Virus record (IMG/VR): IMGVR_UViG_3300031552_000002
Coordinates: 1-64,000 of that record
Length of the DNA: 64,000 nucleotides
Reading direction: 5' to 3' (one strand)
Origin: a virus
Of this stretch, positions 45,325 to 54,800 are shown one piece after another; within the stretch, counting starts at the first letter, position 1, and every line of letters starts with the position of its first letter. The notes beneath the pieces are model-generated. The model made no database searches, was not told where the DNA came from, and was given only the letters and a program-made list of their open reading frames with translations. Position numbers and translations under genes: made by a program.

Positions 45325-45390
45325 GTCAGCTCCTATCAAGCTGGCCACGGCCCGGACCCCCTCCGCAGGGGTGCCGGGCCTTCTTCTGTC
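45323..45390 (+). ncRNA. putative antisense RNA 2
   Basis: TACACT at 45312-17; hairpins GTCAGCT/AGCTGGC and GGCCCGGACCCC/GGGGT.CCGGGCC then a T-rich tail; covaries with 18782..18845. Confidence 0.6.
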
Positions 45391-45516
45391 GTTGTGGTCC
45401 TGAAGCTATCACCTGCCGCCGCTGTTCCCGTGGAGCACCTCGCCGAGGCCGAGGCTGGGGGGTAGGGGGGTTCTTTCCTTGAAAACCTTCTTTGGAAACC
45501 TTCTGTAGGCTCCACA

Positions 45517-45575
45517 GAGCACTAGGTAGTGCTCCGTGGAGCACTAGGTGGTGCTGGTGGGAGCACCAGGTAGGA
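45517..45575. repeat. three 22-bp-period iteron-like repeats
   Basis: GAGCAC(T/C)AGGT at 45517, 45539, 45561; the first contains palindrome AGCACTA-GG-TAGTGCT. Confidence 0.8.
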
Positions 45576-46206
45576 CGAGGCCGTCCAAGACCTCTGACGG
45601 GTAGGTGGATGACACCGTGCTGGTGCCGTCCCCCCGGGTCACCTGGTAAGAGCCGTGCACAGTCGATGACACCGACCCTGCTGCTTCCATCGCGGCCCTG
45701 ACCATCAGTTCCGGTGACAGCTCTAGCCTGCTGGCCACGGCTAGGGCACCGGAGGCGATGGCCTCAGCGCTGCCGATCGCCACGTAGCCGCAGAACGGGA
45801 CGAGTACCCCGTAGTTGCTCTCGATCAGCGCGCACGAGTCATCGTGCGCGATGACGAGTTGCTCATCGCAGGACGGGAACCCCGGGCCCTGATGGGTGAG
45901 CCCAGCCTCAGCGAATGTTCGCCGGAGGAACGGGACAACGGCTCGCACGACCCAGGTGCAGAATCTCTCGTGGGGGAACCGTTCGGGGAGCTTACTTCCC
46001 GTCCGGACGCTGGACAGGATGAGCTGCGGGGTGAGCGCGATCCCGGCTGTACCCAGGTAGGCGTGAAGGTACGACCCGGTAACGGGAACGGCAACGATCT
46101 TCGGGTTGTCGTACTCGTCGCTGAGTACTGGGTCTGAATACCGGTAGTCCGCTGCGATCGCGGCACTACCACGGCCAGGCCCGGCGGCAGCGATGACCAG
46201 AGTCAT
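45544..46206 (-). CDS. Ntn-hydrolase (HslV/proteasome-beta-like) peptidase
   Basis: MT start, IAAD, KIV, YVAIGS..A.GAL. Confidence 0.65.
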   Translation of the reverse strand: MTLVIAAAGPGRGSAAIAADYRYSDPVLSDEYDNPKIVAVPVTGSYLHAYLGTAGIALTPQLILSSVRTGSKLPERFPHERFCTWVVRAVVPFLRRTFAEAGLTHQGPGFPSCDEQLVIAHDDSCALIESNYGVLVPFCGYVAIGSAEAIASGALAVASRLELSPELMVRAAMEAAGSVSSTVHGSYQVTRGDGTSTVSSTYPSEVLDGLVLPGAPTSTT

Positions 46207-46252
46207 CCTGGGTGGTCCTCCAGATCGGTGTGAGCGTGGAGCCGTAGCACTG

Positions 46253-46504
46253 TCAGCCAGGCTGCGGGCCCTGAGAACGCATGATCTGTGCTACGGCGTG
46301 ACCGGCGACAGCTCCGCCGGACGCCGACCATGCGTTCTTGATCCGCTCTGGCAGTTTTTCCCAGGTCGGGAGCGGTTCGCCACTGACAAGACTCACGCCG
46401 TCGGACGACTTCAAGTACATCTCGTAGTTGAGACGTCCATAATCACGATCGGAGAACTGGGTCACGGGGGAAAGATCTTGTCCCATGGGCTCGTCATCTT
46501 CCAT
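46253..46504 (-). CDS. hypothetical protein
   Basis: LVSGEPLPTWEKLPERIKNAW. Confidence 0.55.
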   Translation of the reverse strand: MEDDEPMGQDLSPVTQFSDRDYGRLNYEMYLKSSDGVSLVSGEPLPTWEKLPERIKNAWSASGGAVAGHAVAQIMRSQGPQPG

Positions 46505-46541
46505 GGGCTCATCATCGCAGGACCCCGGCCCTGGACCGAGC

Positions 46542-46582
46542 GGAAGGCGCGCCCTTGTTGCTATCGGCAGGGCGCGCCTTCC
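46542..46582. terminator. hairpin after the lysis genes
   Basis: GGAAGGCGCGCCCT / AGGGCGCGCCTTCC. Confidence 0.65.
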
Positions 46583-46632
46583 ATCTCATCCACGCGGGGC
46601 AATCCCTCGTCCCGTGACCGGGATCCTACCTG

Positions 46633-47040
46633 CTAGCTGACGCCATACCCAGCAGGCTTAGGCGGGTCAGCCCAGAACCCCGCCAGCGAGACCAGGCCAC
46701 CAGCCAGCGACGCCAGGAGAAGGGCACGCCACCCGTCCGGCCCGAGGTCCACCATCCCGGCCAGCGATACCGGCATCAGGCCCAGGGCAACGCCGGCAGC
46801 TGTCGCCACGAATCGCGCAGCAGGTCCAGCCGGTCCCAGCCCTGCTAGTGCTCGCAGGACCCCGTGAATCCCGGTCACGATGACGGCGCCCGTCAGGGCG
46901 AGGGCCGTCGTCGAGACGCTAATACGGCCTTCAGCCGCTTCCACGGTCGCGAGGATCGGGACCACCGTTTGAAGGATCTGCCTGGCTACAGAGGACACCA
47001 TGGTCCTCCACCAGTCAGGGGCGAGCAGTAGATCTGTCAT
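46633..47040 (-). CDS. holin (putative)
   Basis: Multi-TM protein downstream of the endolysin. Confidence 0.65.
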   Translation of the reverse strand: MTDLLLAPDWWRTMVSSVARQILQTVVPILATVEAAEGRISVSTTALALTGAVIVTGIHGVLRALAGLGPAGPAARFVATAAGVALGLMPVSLAGMVDLGPDGWRALLLASLAGGLVSLAGFWADPPKPAGYGVS

Positions 47041-47434
47041 CTTGCGTTCTCCTCGTCGTGTTGAGCCGGTCGAGGACCGGGACTTCGTCCACGGTCCCCC
47101 CGATTTCCGTGAGTCTTCGCGCGTGGACGATGGACCAGTCCCTCATCGACCTTGCCCAGACCCCTATTTCCCCGAGGGCAGCGTGGGCGTCGGCGAGATC
47201 TTGGGTAAGGGCCTCGACGCGGCTGCTGGCGTCGGTGAGGGCAGCGCGGACGCGGTCGAGTTCGTTTCGGAGATCCCCGATGATCGCACTGTAGGTTTCG
47301 GTGCGGATCCGGTCGGCTTCAGCGTCGGCTTTCTCTGCCTCTGATTTCCGGCCGCGTTTCTCGGACCAGAGCATGACGAGGGTAGTAAGACCGCTGGTCG
47401 TGATGACTGGACCGGCGGCCTCGGGCCAGGGCAT
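47015..47434 (-). CDS. lysis-cassette protein with TM helix and coiled coil
   Basis: Position and composition. Confidence 0.55.
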   Translation of the reverse strand: MPWPEAAGPVITTSGLTTLVMLWSEKRGRKSEAEKADAEADRIRTETYSAIIGDLRNELDRVRAALTDASSRVEALTQDLADAHAALGEIGVWARSMRDWSIVHARRLTEIGGTVDEVPVLDRLNTTRRTQDDRSTARP

Positions 47435-47435
47435 C

Positions 47436-48017
47436 TTACTTTGTCCTGGCCTCGATGGCGGCGACTGTTTTCCGGAGTTCAGTGATTGATGCCTGGAGCT
47501 GGGCGAGGGTCTGGAGGACGTGAATAGTGTTCAGGTAGGCGCCTCTGACTGATTGGAAGAACGTTATTTTCTGTCCGTCTTGGGGGAGATCAACGCGGTC
47601 GTCTGGTTTCATGTCGATATCCTCGGTGGTGTTTTCGCGTGGGGCCGGTAGTTTGGCGGCGTGGTGCCATCTCCTGCCGCTGATGTTCCCTATTCGTATT
47701 CCGAGGGCGGAACTCATGGCCTCAACGGTGTGGCCGTTCCCGAGGCTTATCGCGACGTGTTCCTCGGCTCGTGTCCCCCGGTAGAGTAAAGCACCCAAGG
47801 TCTGGGAGGCGTCTTCGACGGCTAGGGCCAGACCGAGATCCTTAAGATACGCGTACTGGGACGCAGAGTAGTGCGGTAAAGGGATCCCGAAATGGGCGGC
47901 GCACCACATGACGAGGCCGGAGCAGTCGAACGAGTCAGGGCCTTCAGCACCCCACACGTAGGGCTTTCCTCGCTGGGCAAGGGCCAGAGCGATGAACTGT
48001 TCAGTGTCGTTCATCAT
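47436..48017 (-). CDS. NlpC/P60 endolysin
   Basis: GKPYVWGAEGPDSFDCSGL, HVAI. Confidence 0.85.
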   Translation of the reverse strand: MMNDTEQFIALALAQRGKPYVWGAEGPDSFDCSGLVMWCAAHFGIPLPHYSASQYAYLKDLGLALAVEDASQTLGALLYRGTRAEEHVAISLGNGHTVEAMSSALGIRIGNISGRRWHHAAKLPAPRENTTEDIDMKPDDRVDLPQDGQKITFFQSVRGAYLNTIHVLQTLAQLQASITELRKTVAAIEARTK

Positions 48018-48023
48018 AGCTTG

Positions 48024-48488
48024 TCAGGTCTCACCCAAGTACTGGGCTTCAATTGTCGAGAACCTCACGTCCTGTTGCGTCTCATTGCCGTAGATGGAAA
48101 GCCTCGCGGCGAGTCTCGTTCCGGCCGCAACGGTGAACCACGGGTTTATTTCAGCGCTACCGCAGAGCATAGTGCCCGTCCCGTTGATGTAGACACTCCC
48201 TGAAAGCACGATCTCCGCTATCTGTTCTTCCGATCCGGAAGCCCCGACCCCGAGCCCAACGAGAGCACGCATATAGGACGCTGGGACGGCAGGCCCGGAG
48301 CTAGAATGCGGGTGGTGCGTGAGCCTCAACACATAGGTGTCATCGGCTGCGGACGCGATCACTTCATACCATCCCCCATACCCACCAGCAGCGGACCCCT
48401 GCAATGTTTGGGTGATGGTTGTGATCCTGGTGTCATTCTTTTTTCCTGCGAGCGCTAGCTGTTTCTTCCCGATCTGCGACAGGCTCAC
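48024..48488 (-). CDS. minor tail/virion protein
   Basis: Beta-rich ORF at the end of the tail operon. Confidence 0.55.
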   Translation of the reverse strand: MSLSQIGKKQLALAGKKNDTRITTITQTLQGSAAGGYGGWYEVIASAADDTYVLRLTHHPHSSSGPAVPASYMRALVGLGVGASGSEEQIAEIVLSGSVYINGTGTMLCGSAEINPWFTVAAGTRLAARLSIYGNETQQDVRFSTIEAQYLGET

Positions 48489-48847
48489 GAGATCACCTCT
48501 GAGATGAGCGAGCCTGAAAGGTTGAAGGCCAGCGTGTCAGCGACGGATGACACGACGTAGATGGTGTCTCCGCTGGAGGCGGTGTATCCAGTGGTGAGGG
48601 CGTGGAACTCTCCTGGTCGCACTACGACGTTTTTCGCGACGTAGTGTTCTGCCGCCGTCGTTCCTACACCGGACGGACGCATGATGACGTCGTATCGTGC
48701 TTCCGTCCCGGATGCGATTGTTGCCACGTTGCACACCGAGATCGTCGAAACAACTAACTGCACCCCGGTGGGGACCGTGTAGAAAAGGACTTCTGAAGTC
48801 CCGGAGGGGCATTCTTGCCCCAGAATACTGTACGACGTTATCATCAT
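48485..48847 (-). CDS. minor tail/virion protein
   Basis: LFYTVP..VVSTISVCN pattern; overlapping starts. Confidence 0.6.
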   Translation of the reverse strand: MMITSYSILGQECPSGTSEVLFYTVPTGVQLVVSTISVCNVATIASGTEARYDVIMRPSGVGTTAAEHYVAKNVVVRPGEFHALTTGYTASSGDTIYVVSSVADTLAFNLSGSLISEVIS

Positions 48848-49317
48848 GCGCCCATCAGGATAAAGGGATGAACAATTGCCGCCATCTCTAATGGGGCAAG
48901 AGAACTCTCCGTGTTCGTCACGCGCCCATCAAGCGCTGAGAGCTGAGCCACCGTCGCATACTGGTAAGTCTCCGATGGTGTCTCTGTGGCCGGTGCCAGT
49001 ATCGCTATCTGGACCGGTGGAACCATCGCCGATGGCAACTGGAAAGACCACGACCGGCCACCGGCAAACAACTCCTTGACGTCCCACGTCCAGCCTGTAG
49101 GCGACGTCAGCGGGTCATCCGTCACGAGAAGGTCTATCGAGAACTCGCCGGACCCGTCGAGCGTAACCAACAGTGGCGTAGGTGGGACGACGACGTTCCC
49201 CGCCTGATCGAGAACCGTCGTCGATGGCTGGAACCGGACCTGACCCGCCACGGGGTCACCGTCAGGAGCCTGGTATGCCCCCACGACGCTCTTGTATGTG
49301 AACGGCGGTGTAGCCAT
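48844..49317 (-). CDS. minor tail protein
   Basis: G.P..G.V.F.P..LD..G.FS..L..TD..P.GWTW. Confidence 0.65.
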   Translation of the reverse strand: MATPPFTYKSVVGAYQAPDGDPVAGQVRFQPSTTVLDQAGNVVVPPTPLLVTLDGSGEFSIDLLVTDDPLTSPTGWTWDVKELFAGGRSWSFQLPSAMVPPVQIAILAPATETPSETYQYATVAQLSALDGRVTNTESSLAPLEMAAIVHPFILMGA

Positions 49318-49373
49318 TCCTCAGATCACCTCCACGCGCATTGGTAGAAATCCATTTCCCGCATTGGAATGTC

Positions 49374-49868
49374 TCACTGTCGGCGCTCTGCACCATCAGG
49401 CCAGATGACGTTTACTGGTAATCCGATTCGCCGAGCACGCGCGACGATATCAGAAGTCCCGCCAAGGTATGGCGAATCGATACCGTCCCAGACGGCTATT
49501 AGCTGGTCAATGGCGCCGAGCATCTTTTTTCCGGCAGCTAAATACGCTGCCGCCCCTGAAGGCCCATTGTGCGCGTACTGGATTGTTCTTGCACGACTCA
49601 ACAGCTCGTCGAACTGCTCGACGCCATCATCATCAATGATGTCATCGCGGTAGTCTGTGGCTGGGATTATCGCGTCAAGAACCCCACCGAGTTCGAGAAC
49701 AACATTAGCGAAAATCTGGTCCGCTCCAGCCGCAAGACTACTGACACCAACTATTTCTTGGGTTTCGCTGATCGGTGTCAGAAAGTTTCTCACGGCATCT
49801 TCAATGCCAGGAACGCAGCTATTGACAAGCTTGATGTGCCCGGTGATTCCGATTCTCACAGGTCTCAC
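49374..49868 (-). CDS. SLOG-superfamily (YspA/DprA-like) protein
   Basis: IGITGH, SSLAAGADQ, AVWDG..GGT..V..AR. Confidence 0.75.
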   Translation of the reverse strand: MRPVRIGITGHIKLVNSCVPGIEDAVRNFLTPISETQEIVGVSSLAAGADQIFANVVLELGGVLDAIIPATDYRDDIIDDDGVEQFDELLSRARTIQYAHNGPSGAAAYLAAGKKMLGAIDQLIAVWDGIDSPYLGGTSDIVARARRIGLPVNVIWPDGAERRQ

Positions 49869-50998
49869 GTCACCACCCCATCACCAGGCAGGAGCCTGTC
49901 TATCTGAGCTGACATCCGTTCCTCCCACGTTTTCATGATCGACCCGAGTTCGAGGGTCGCCTTCACGCCGCCAGACCCGGACACCGACAGGGCTATCTGT
50001 GACACCCGGCGCTCCACGACCTGCAACCCGGCAGCCCGGGTCAGGATCCAGTCCCCGGGCCGGTAGTCCACCCACGGACGTGACCCGTCAGCAGCGTCCG
50101 TCACCTCGTGCGTGAGCTGGACATCAGCGGCCCCATGAGCCCCCAGATACAGGTCACCGAGCGAATCGAGGACCCCTGAGGCTGCCTTCGATTCTGAGAC
50201 GAAGGCTTCACGGGCTCGCCTTCCGGTAAGGGCCTGGGTACGGCGTGCCGTCGCGTCAGCGGCCCCCAGGACGAGGACAGCAGTCGCTACGGCTTTCCGT
50301 GACCTCGCGACCGGCGCCGAGGTCACGTCCCGCCCAGGACGGAGCATCACGGGCTGGTGCCGCTCCAGGCCACCGGCCCACCGGTGCAGCTCCAGCTCAC
50401 GGCCGTCCCACCGGGTCTCCAGCAGCCGCGCCTCTACCAGGGCCTTCACCACCGAGGAAAGTGTCGCCCCGGCCTTGTGGGTCACGGTGACCGTGGTGGG
50501 CCACGCCACCCCAGAGGCGTCTACGGTCGCGGTCCCCGACACCGTGACACCCTGGAGGAGCCCCCGGGCCTGCGCCGACGTCACCAGGTCAGTGACGATC
50601 TTCCCTGGTGTTTCTGCCGTCCACGCCCACTCCGCCGGGGTCGTCCCGACGCCGCCCGAGGGCGGGACGAGGGCCTCGTCCAGGAGCGCGCTCAACCCGC
50701 GGCCCGTGATCCTGAGGGTCTCGGTCGCCGGGTCATCGCTGATCCACGTCGAGGCGTCATCGTCGAGAACCCACCAGGACGTGACCGCGCCACCCTCGTA
50801 CGGGATCGTGACCGACAGCTGCCGGTCCTCATCCACGTCGAGATGCTCTGCCCCGACCGAGGACCGGGGGACTTCGAGTTGCAGGGATCCTTCCCCAGAC
50901 AGGACCTCCGAGATAGTCACCGACTGGTAGCCGCCGAGGACGGCAAGGCCCGTGGAGCCGGTTTCGTCCCACACCTTCAGGATCGGGTAGGGGATCAC
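49865..50998 (-). CDS. minor tail (hub-like) protein
   Basis: Follows Dit; PWVDYRPGDW. Confidence 0.7.
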   Translation of the reverse strand: MIPYPILKVWDETGSTGLAVLGGYQSVTISEVLSGEGSLQLEVPRSSVGAEHLDVDEDRQLSVTIPYEGGAVTSWWVLDDDASTWISDDPATETLRITGRGLSALLDEALVPPSGGVGTTPAEWAWTAETPGKIVTDLVTSAQARGLLQGVTVSGTATVDASGVAWPTTVTVTHKAGATLSSVVKALVEARLLETRWDGRELELHRWAGGLERHQPVMLRPGRDVTSAPVARSRKAVATAVLVLGAADATARRTQALTGRRAREAFVSESKAASGVLDSLGDLYLGAHGAADVQLTHEVTDAADGSRPWVDYRPGDWILTRAAGLQVVERRVSQIALSVSGSGGVKATLELGSIMKTWEERMSAQIDRLLPGDGVVT

Positions 50999-51870
50999 CG
51001 GAGCCACTTCCGGTGTGTCTCGAACGCGACACTGAACCCGTCCGAGGCCCCAGTCGTGGCCACCAGAACACTCGGGCCGCGGTTCGGGGCAGGCGCCGGG
51101 GCCAGCTCGATAATCACCTGGTCGGTGAGGACCAGAGACGTGATGACCGACGTCGCCCCGACCACGGCCGTCCACGCCCCGGAATCCACGACCAGGGACT
51201 CGGCCCCGGAGAGAGCCGACGCATACGCGAACCCCGACCCTGTCTCCTCGTCATACACCGACACTGTGGAGCACGGGCCGGTCACCGTGACCACGGCATC
51301 AGAGCAGGGGGCGGTCTGCCCTGCCAGCGAGTACACCTCCATCGTCTGCTCACCCCCGGTCGACGTGTCATAGTCCACGCGGTGCGTCACCGGGTCCGTG
51401 TCTTCCCAGAACGACCCGGGGACCGACAGCTCGACTGACAGCCGGTACGCGGTGTCACCGATGGGCTTCGGTGCCAACGCTGAGACGACCTCACAGCCGG
51501 CAACCCGCCGGGACCCGTCGGCGTGGACTCGCTCCACTTGCAGGAGCCGGTGACGTGGGGCGAAGGCCCGGAGGAGCTCGTCGAGAGCCTGCTCGGACGC
51601 GGCGCGCCGCTCCAGACCGGTCACAGGGGCGACATGCCCTCCAGCTCCGGTGCCGTTCACGGCCAGGGTGAGGGTTTTCTTCCCAGGGCCGTAGCGTTTC
51701 CGGCGCCAGGACGTTCCGTGGACGCCGAGCAGAGTGGTGTCCTCTCCCCGGAGTCCGGGGACGTCGTCCCAGCCGTCGCGGTTTTCGATGGTCACCCCGT
51801 TGTCGTCGGTGACCTGGGCCCAGCGGTCCAGGCGGGCGCCGTCCACATACCAGCCCTCAGTCAGCGCCAT
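50995..51870 (-). CDS. distal tail protein (Dit-like)
   Basis: Directly after the tape measure; PGLRGED..HG..W; P..FW. Confidence 0.7.
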   Translation of the reverse strand: MALTEGWYVDGARLDRWAQVTDDNGVTIENRDGWDDVPGLRGEDTTLLGVHGTSWRRKRYGPGKKTLTLAVNGTGAGGHVAPVTGLERRAASEQALDELLRAFAPRHRLLQVERVHADGSRRVAGCEVVSALAPKPIGDTAYRLSVELSVPGSFWEDTDPVTHRVDYDTSTGGEQTMEVYSLAGQTAPCSDAVVTVTGPCSTVSVYDEETGSGFAYASALSGAESLVVDSGAWTAVVGATSVITSLVLTDQVIIELAPAPAPNRGPSVLVATTGASDGFSVAFETHRKWLR

Positions 51871-54800
51871 CAGCCGAACATCCCCACTGCGGCGAGGCGC
51901 CGCATCACCCGGGTCGTGGATTCCGAGGCCGTCTCAGGGACAGGGTTCGTGACCTCGACATTCACGGTGGCGCCGGTGGCGAGCTGGTCCCACTGCTGGG
52001 GGGTCAGGACCGGTTCCGGGTGCCCGGTCCGGTTGACGACAGTGGTTACGCCGGGGGGGATCCACCCGCCGGAATCGTATTTCAGGACAGGGCCGCCCCC
52101 GGAGAACCCGGGGATAATGTTGAGCGCAGACCTGAGTTTACTGACAATCCCGTTCGTGAGTTTCCGCGGAATCGCGGAAAGCATTCGCCCGAGCGGATTA
52201 TCGGCTACTTCTTTCATTTTGTCGAGCCAATGCCCGATTGCTCTGCGGACCCAGCCGAGGGGATTCTTGAAATCGAATCCCGGTGGGGCGTCCTCGGCGT
52301 TACCGCCCGGCCCGAGATTCTCGAGGTAATACTGTTTCGGGAGCGACATCACGGATCTGGCTCCTTGGCCGACGAAGATGCCGTACTTGCTGCCCTTCGC
52401 TTCGAAGGGTAGCGATGCGAGATTCCCCACCATGTGCGTGCGTGAGACGCCGATCGTGTACATGCCTGTCCCAGGTTTAAAACCGAGAGACGGGAAATCT
52501 GCCCTCGTAGTGAACGCACGCCGGTACGACGGACGTCCCGTTAGCCTGTTGAAGACCTCACCAGTGAGCCCTGAGCAGTCATACCCGCCGGGCCCGACGC
52601 CACCCCACACGTAGGGCAGGGGGTCCACAGACGGGAGCCAGTCCCTTACCTGCTGGACCACGCCACCAGCCGCGTACTTCGAGCCGATCACGGTGCGTCC
52701 TGGGTCCCCGGACACGTTGACTTTCCCCCCAGCCGCGTTCAGGAGGTCGAGGAAGTCCAGCCCGAGAGCCTTCACCGCCGCAGCATTGATCACGTACTCG
52801 CCGGCGGACAGGCGCGCGAGGACACTGTCTGACGTCGCGGTACCCGGGCCGTTGACCCTACCGCCTCTAGCGAATCCCTCAGGTAGTTTCACTTCGTCAA
52901 CCGGGTCAACACCGAACCAGCCGGCGACCTTGTTCCAGGTCCCGATGATTCCCTTGTTGATGATCGTGTTGACCATGAATCTGACGGGTATCTTCGCGGC
53001 ATCACTGATCGAGTCCCAAGCTGCCTTGATGGCGTCCACGCCGCGTCGGAATGGTGGCGCAACATTCTTACTAATGAAGTCCCCGAACGTACTGAAAATA
53101 GGTCTCAGCACATTGTTCCATGTCGCGGACAAGAACGACGCTATCCCATTGAACACGGGAATGAAGATGACGTCCTTCAACCAGGTGAACACCGGGGCGA
53201 GAACGCTCTCGACGAACATTTTAATAGCAGCGAATATGACTTTAATGACGGACCATGCGAGTTGGATCGCCGTCGTAACCAACGCCCACACGAGCTGTAT
53301 CTGCGGCAGTAACGTCGCCTTGAACACTGGGATGAGAACGGACTCGATGTATGAACGGATCGCGGCGAATACGACTTTAATGACGGACCACGCGGCGCTG
53401 ATCGCCAACCGTATTCCGCTAAATGCCGGGCGGACGGCGTTCTCCAGAAGCCAGGTGAACGCGACCCCGAGCACATCATGGATCGTCCCCGCGATCTGCG
53501 AGAACGCCGCCCCCAAGGTGGACGCGAGGAGCCCGACAGCGGCCCCCACGGCTTCCGCCACCGTATCCACAACGGTCCGGAACACGTCCCAGTGCTGGTA
53601 TGCCTGGACGACAGCGAGCCCCAGCAGTGCCAGCGCAGCGACCACTACGGCGACGACCCCGATAATGACGCCGAGGGACACCGACAGCGTCCCGATCGTC
53701 ACCGTGAAGGCCATCACCGGGGCCGTGATGACCCCGACCACCAGGCCCATCACACTGAGAGCCACCGACACCGCCGTCAGGGAGATCGCCACCGCCTGGA
53801 TGGCCCACGGCGGCATCGCGGCAATGAGGTTCGCGAACTGCCCGATGAGCTGGAGAACGACCGGGCCGATCGGAGACAACGCCACCGTGATCTGCGTGAA
53901 GGCCCTAGAAATGGACGCGATGGTCTGGGCTACTACCGGTCCGGTCTCACGCAGATAGCCCATGAGAGCCTGCACGGCCTCGGACCCACCAGCGGACTTC
54001 CCGAACTCAGCGAACCTCGCTGAGAGATCTTCCAGGGACTTCCCGAGCCCCATCCCCACCGGTGAGAAAGCCTGAAACAGCCCGGCGAACCCCGTGGTGA
54101 GGTTCCCCAGAGTCCGCGCGAATATCTGCACTGACGTGATCGCAGTCCCACCGAGCCACGAGAAGAACTGGCGCCACCACGGCCCGGCGAGCGTGGCCCC
54201 GGCTTCCCGGGCCAGCTCTCCGAGAGCAGCACCCATCCGCCCGACCCACGTCGTGAAACCACCCAGGTAAGGAAGGACAGAACGGATCCCGTCCTGGAGC
54301 CCGGGCAAGAACCCGCTCTGCGCGACCTTCGGGATCTCCCGGAGCTGGGGGAGGAGTGTCCCGGCGATGAACTGCGCGAACGCGCGGCCCTCCGGTGAGA
54401 GAGCCGCCATCCTCTGCTGAAGGTCCAGCATCGCGGCGCCGCCGACCGATCCGGCCGAGAGCGCTGCCTGCTCGATTCCACGCTGGGCAGAGACCACAGC
54501 CTGTTGCGCGGACGCTACGGACGCCGCTGACCGGCGCTGCTGCTCGGCTGACGACCGGACCGCTACGGCGAGGGCCAGCTCGGCGTCAGCGACCTTCCGC
54601 GACGCCTCACGGTGGGCGTCAGCGGCCCCGGTGACGGCGTCCCTGACTCCCTGCTGGGCGTCAGCGACCCGCCGTGCCGACTGCTCCTGCTGGAGCCCAG
54701 CCTGAGCCGACGCGTCCGCCACTCTCTGCTCGGCGTCCCCCACCTGGCGGCGTGCCTGCGCCGTACGCTTCTGGGCGTTGGTCACGGCGTCAGAACCCTC

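Noticed and set aside
45326-45544. 72-aa ORF over the 22-bp repeats
   Set aside because: No convincing start signal; the repeats and RNA element explain the region better, though a leader role is not excluded.
53220-53400. AT-richer near-repeats in the tape measure gene
   Set aside because: Ordinary tape-measure repeats (AWSVIKV.FAAI).
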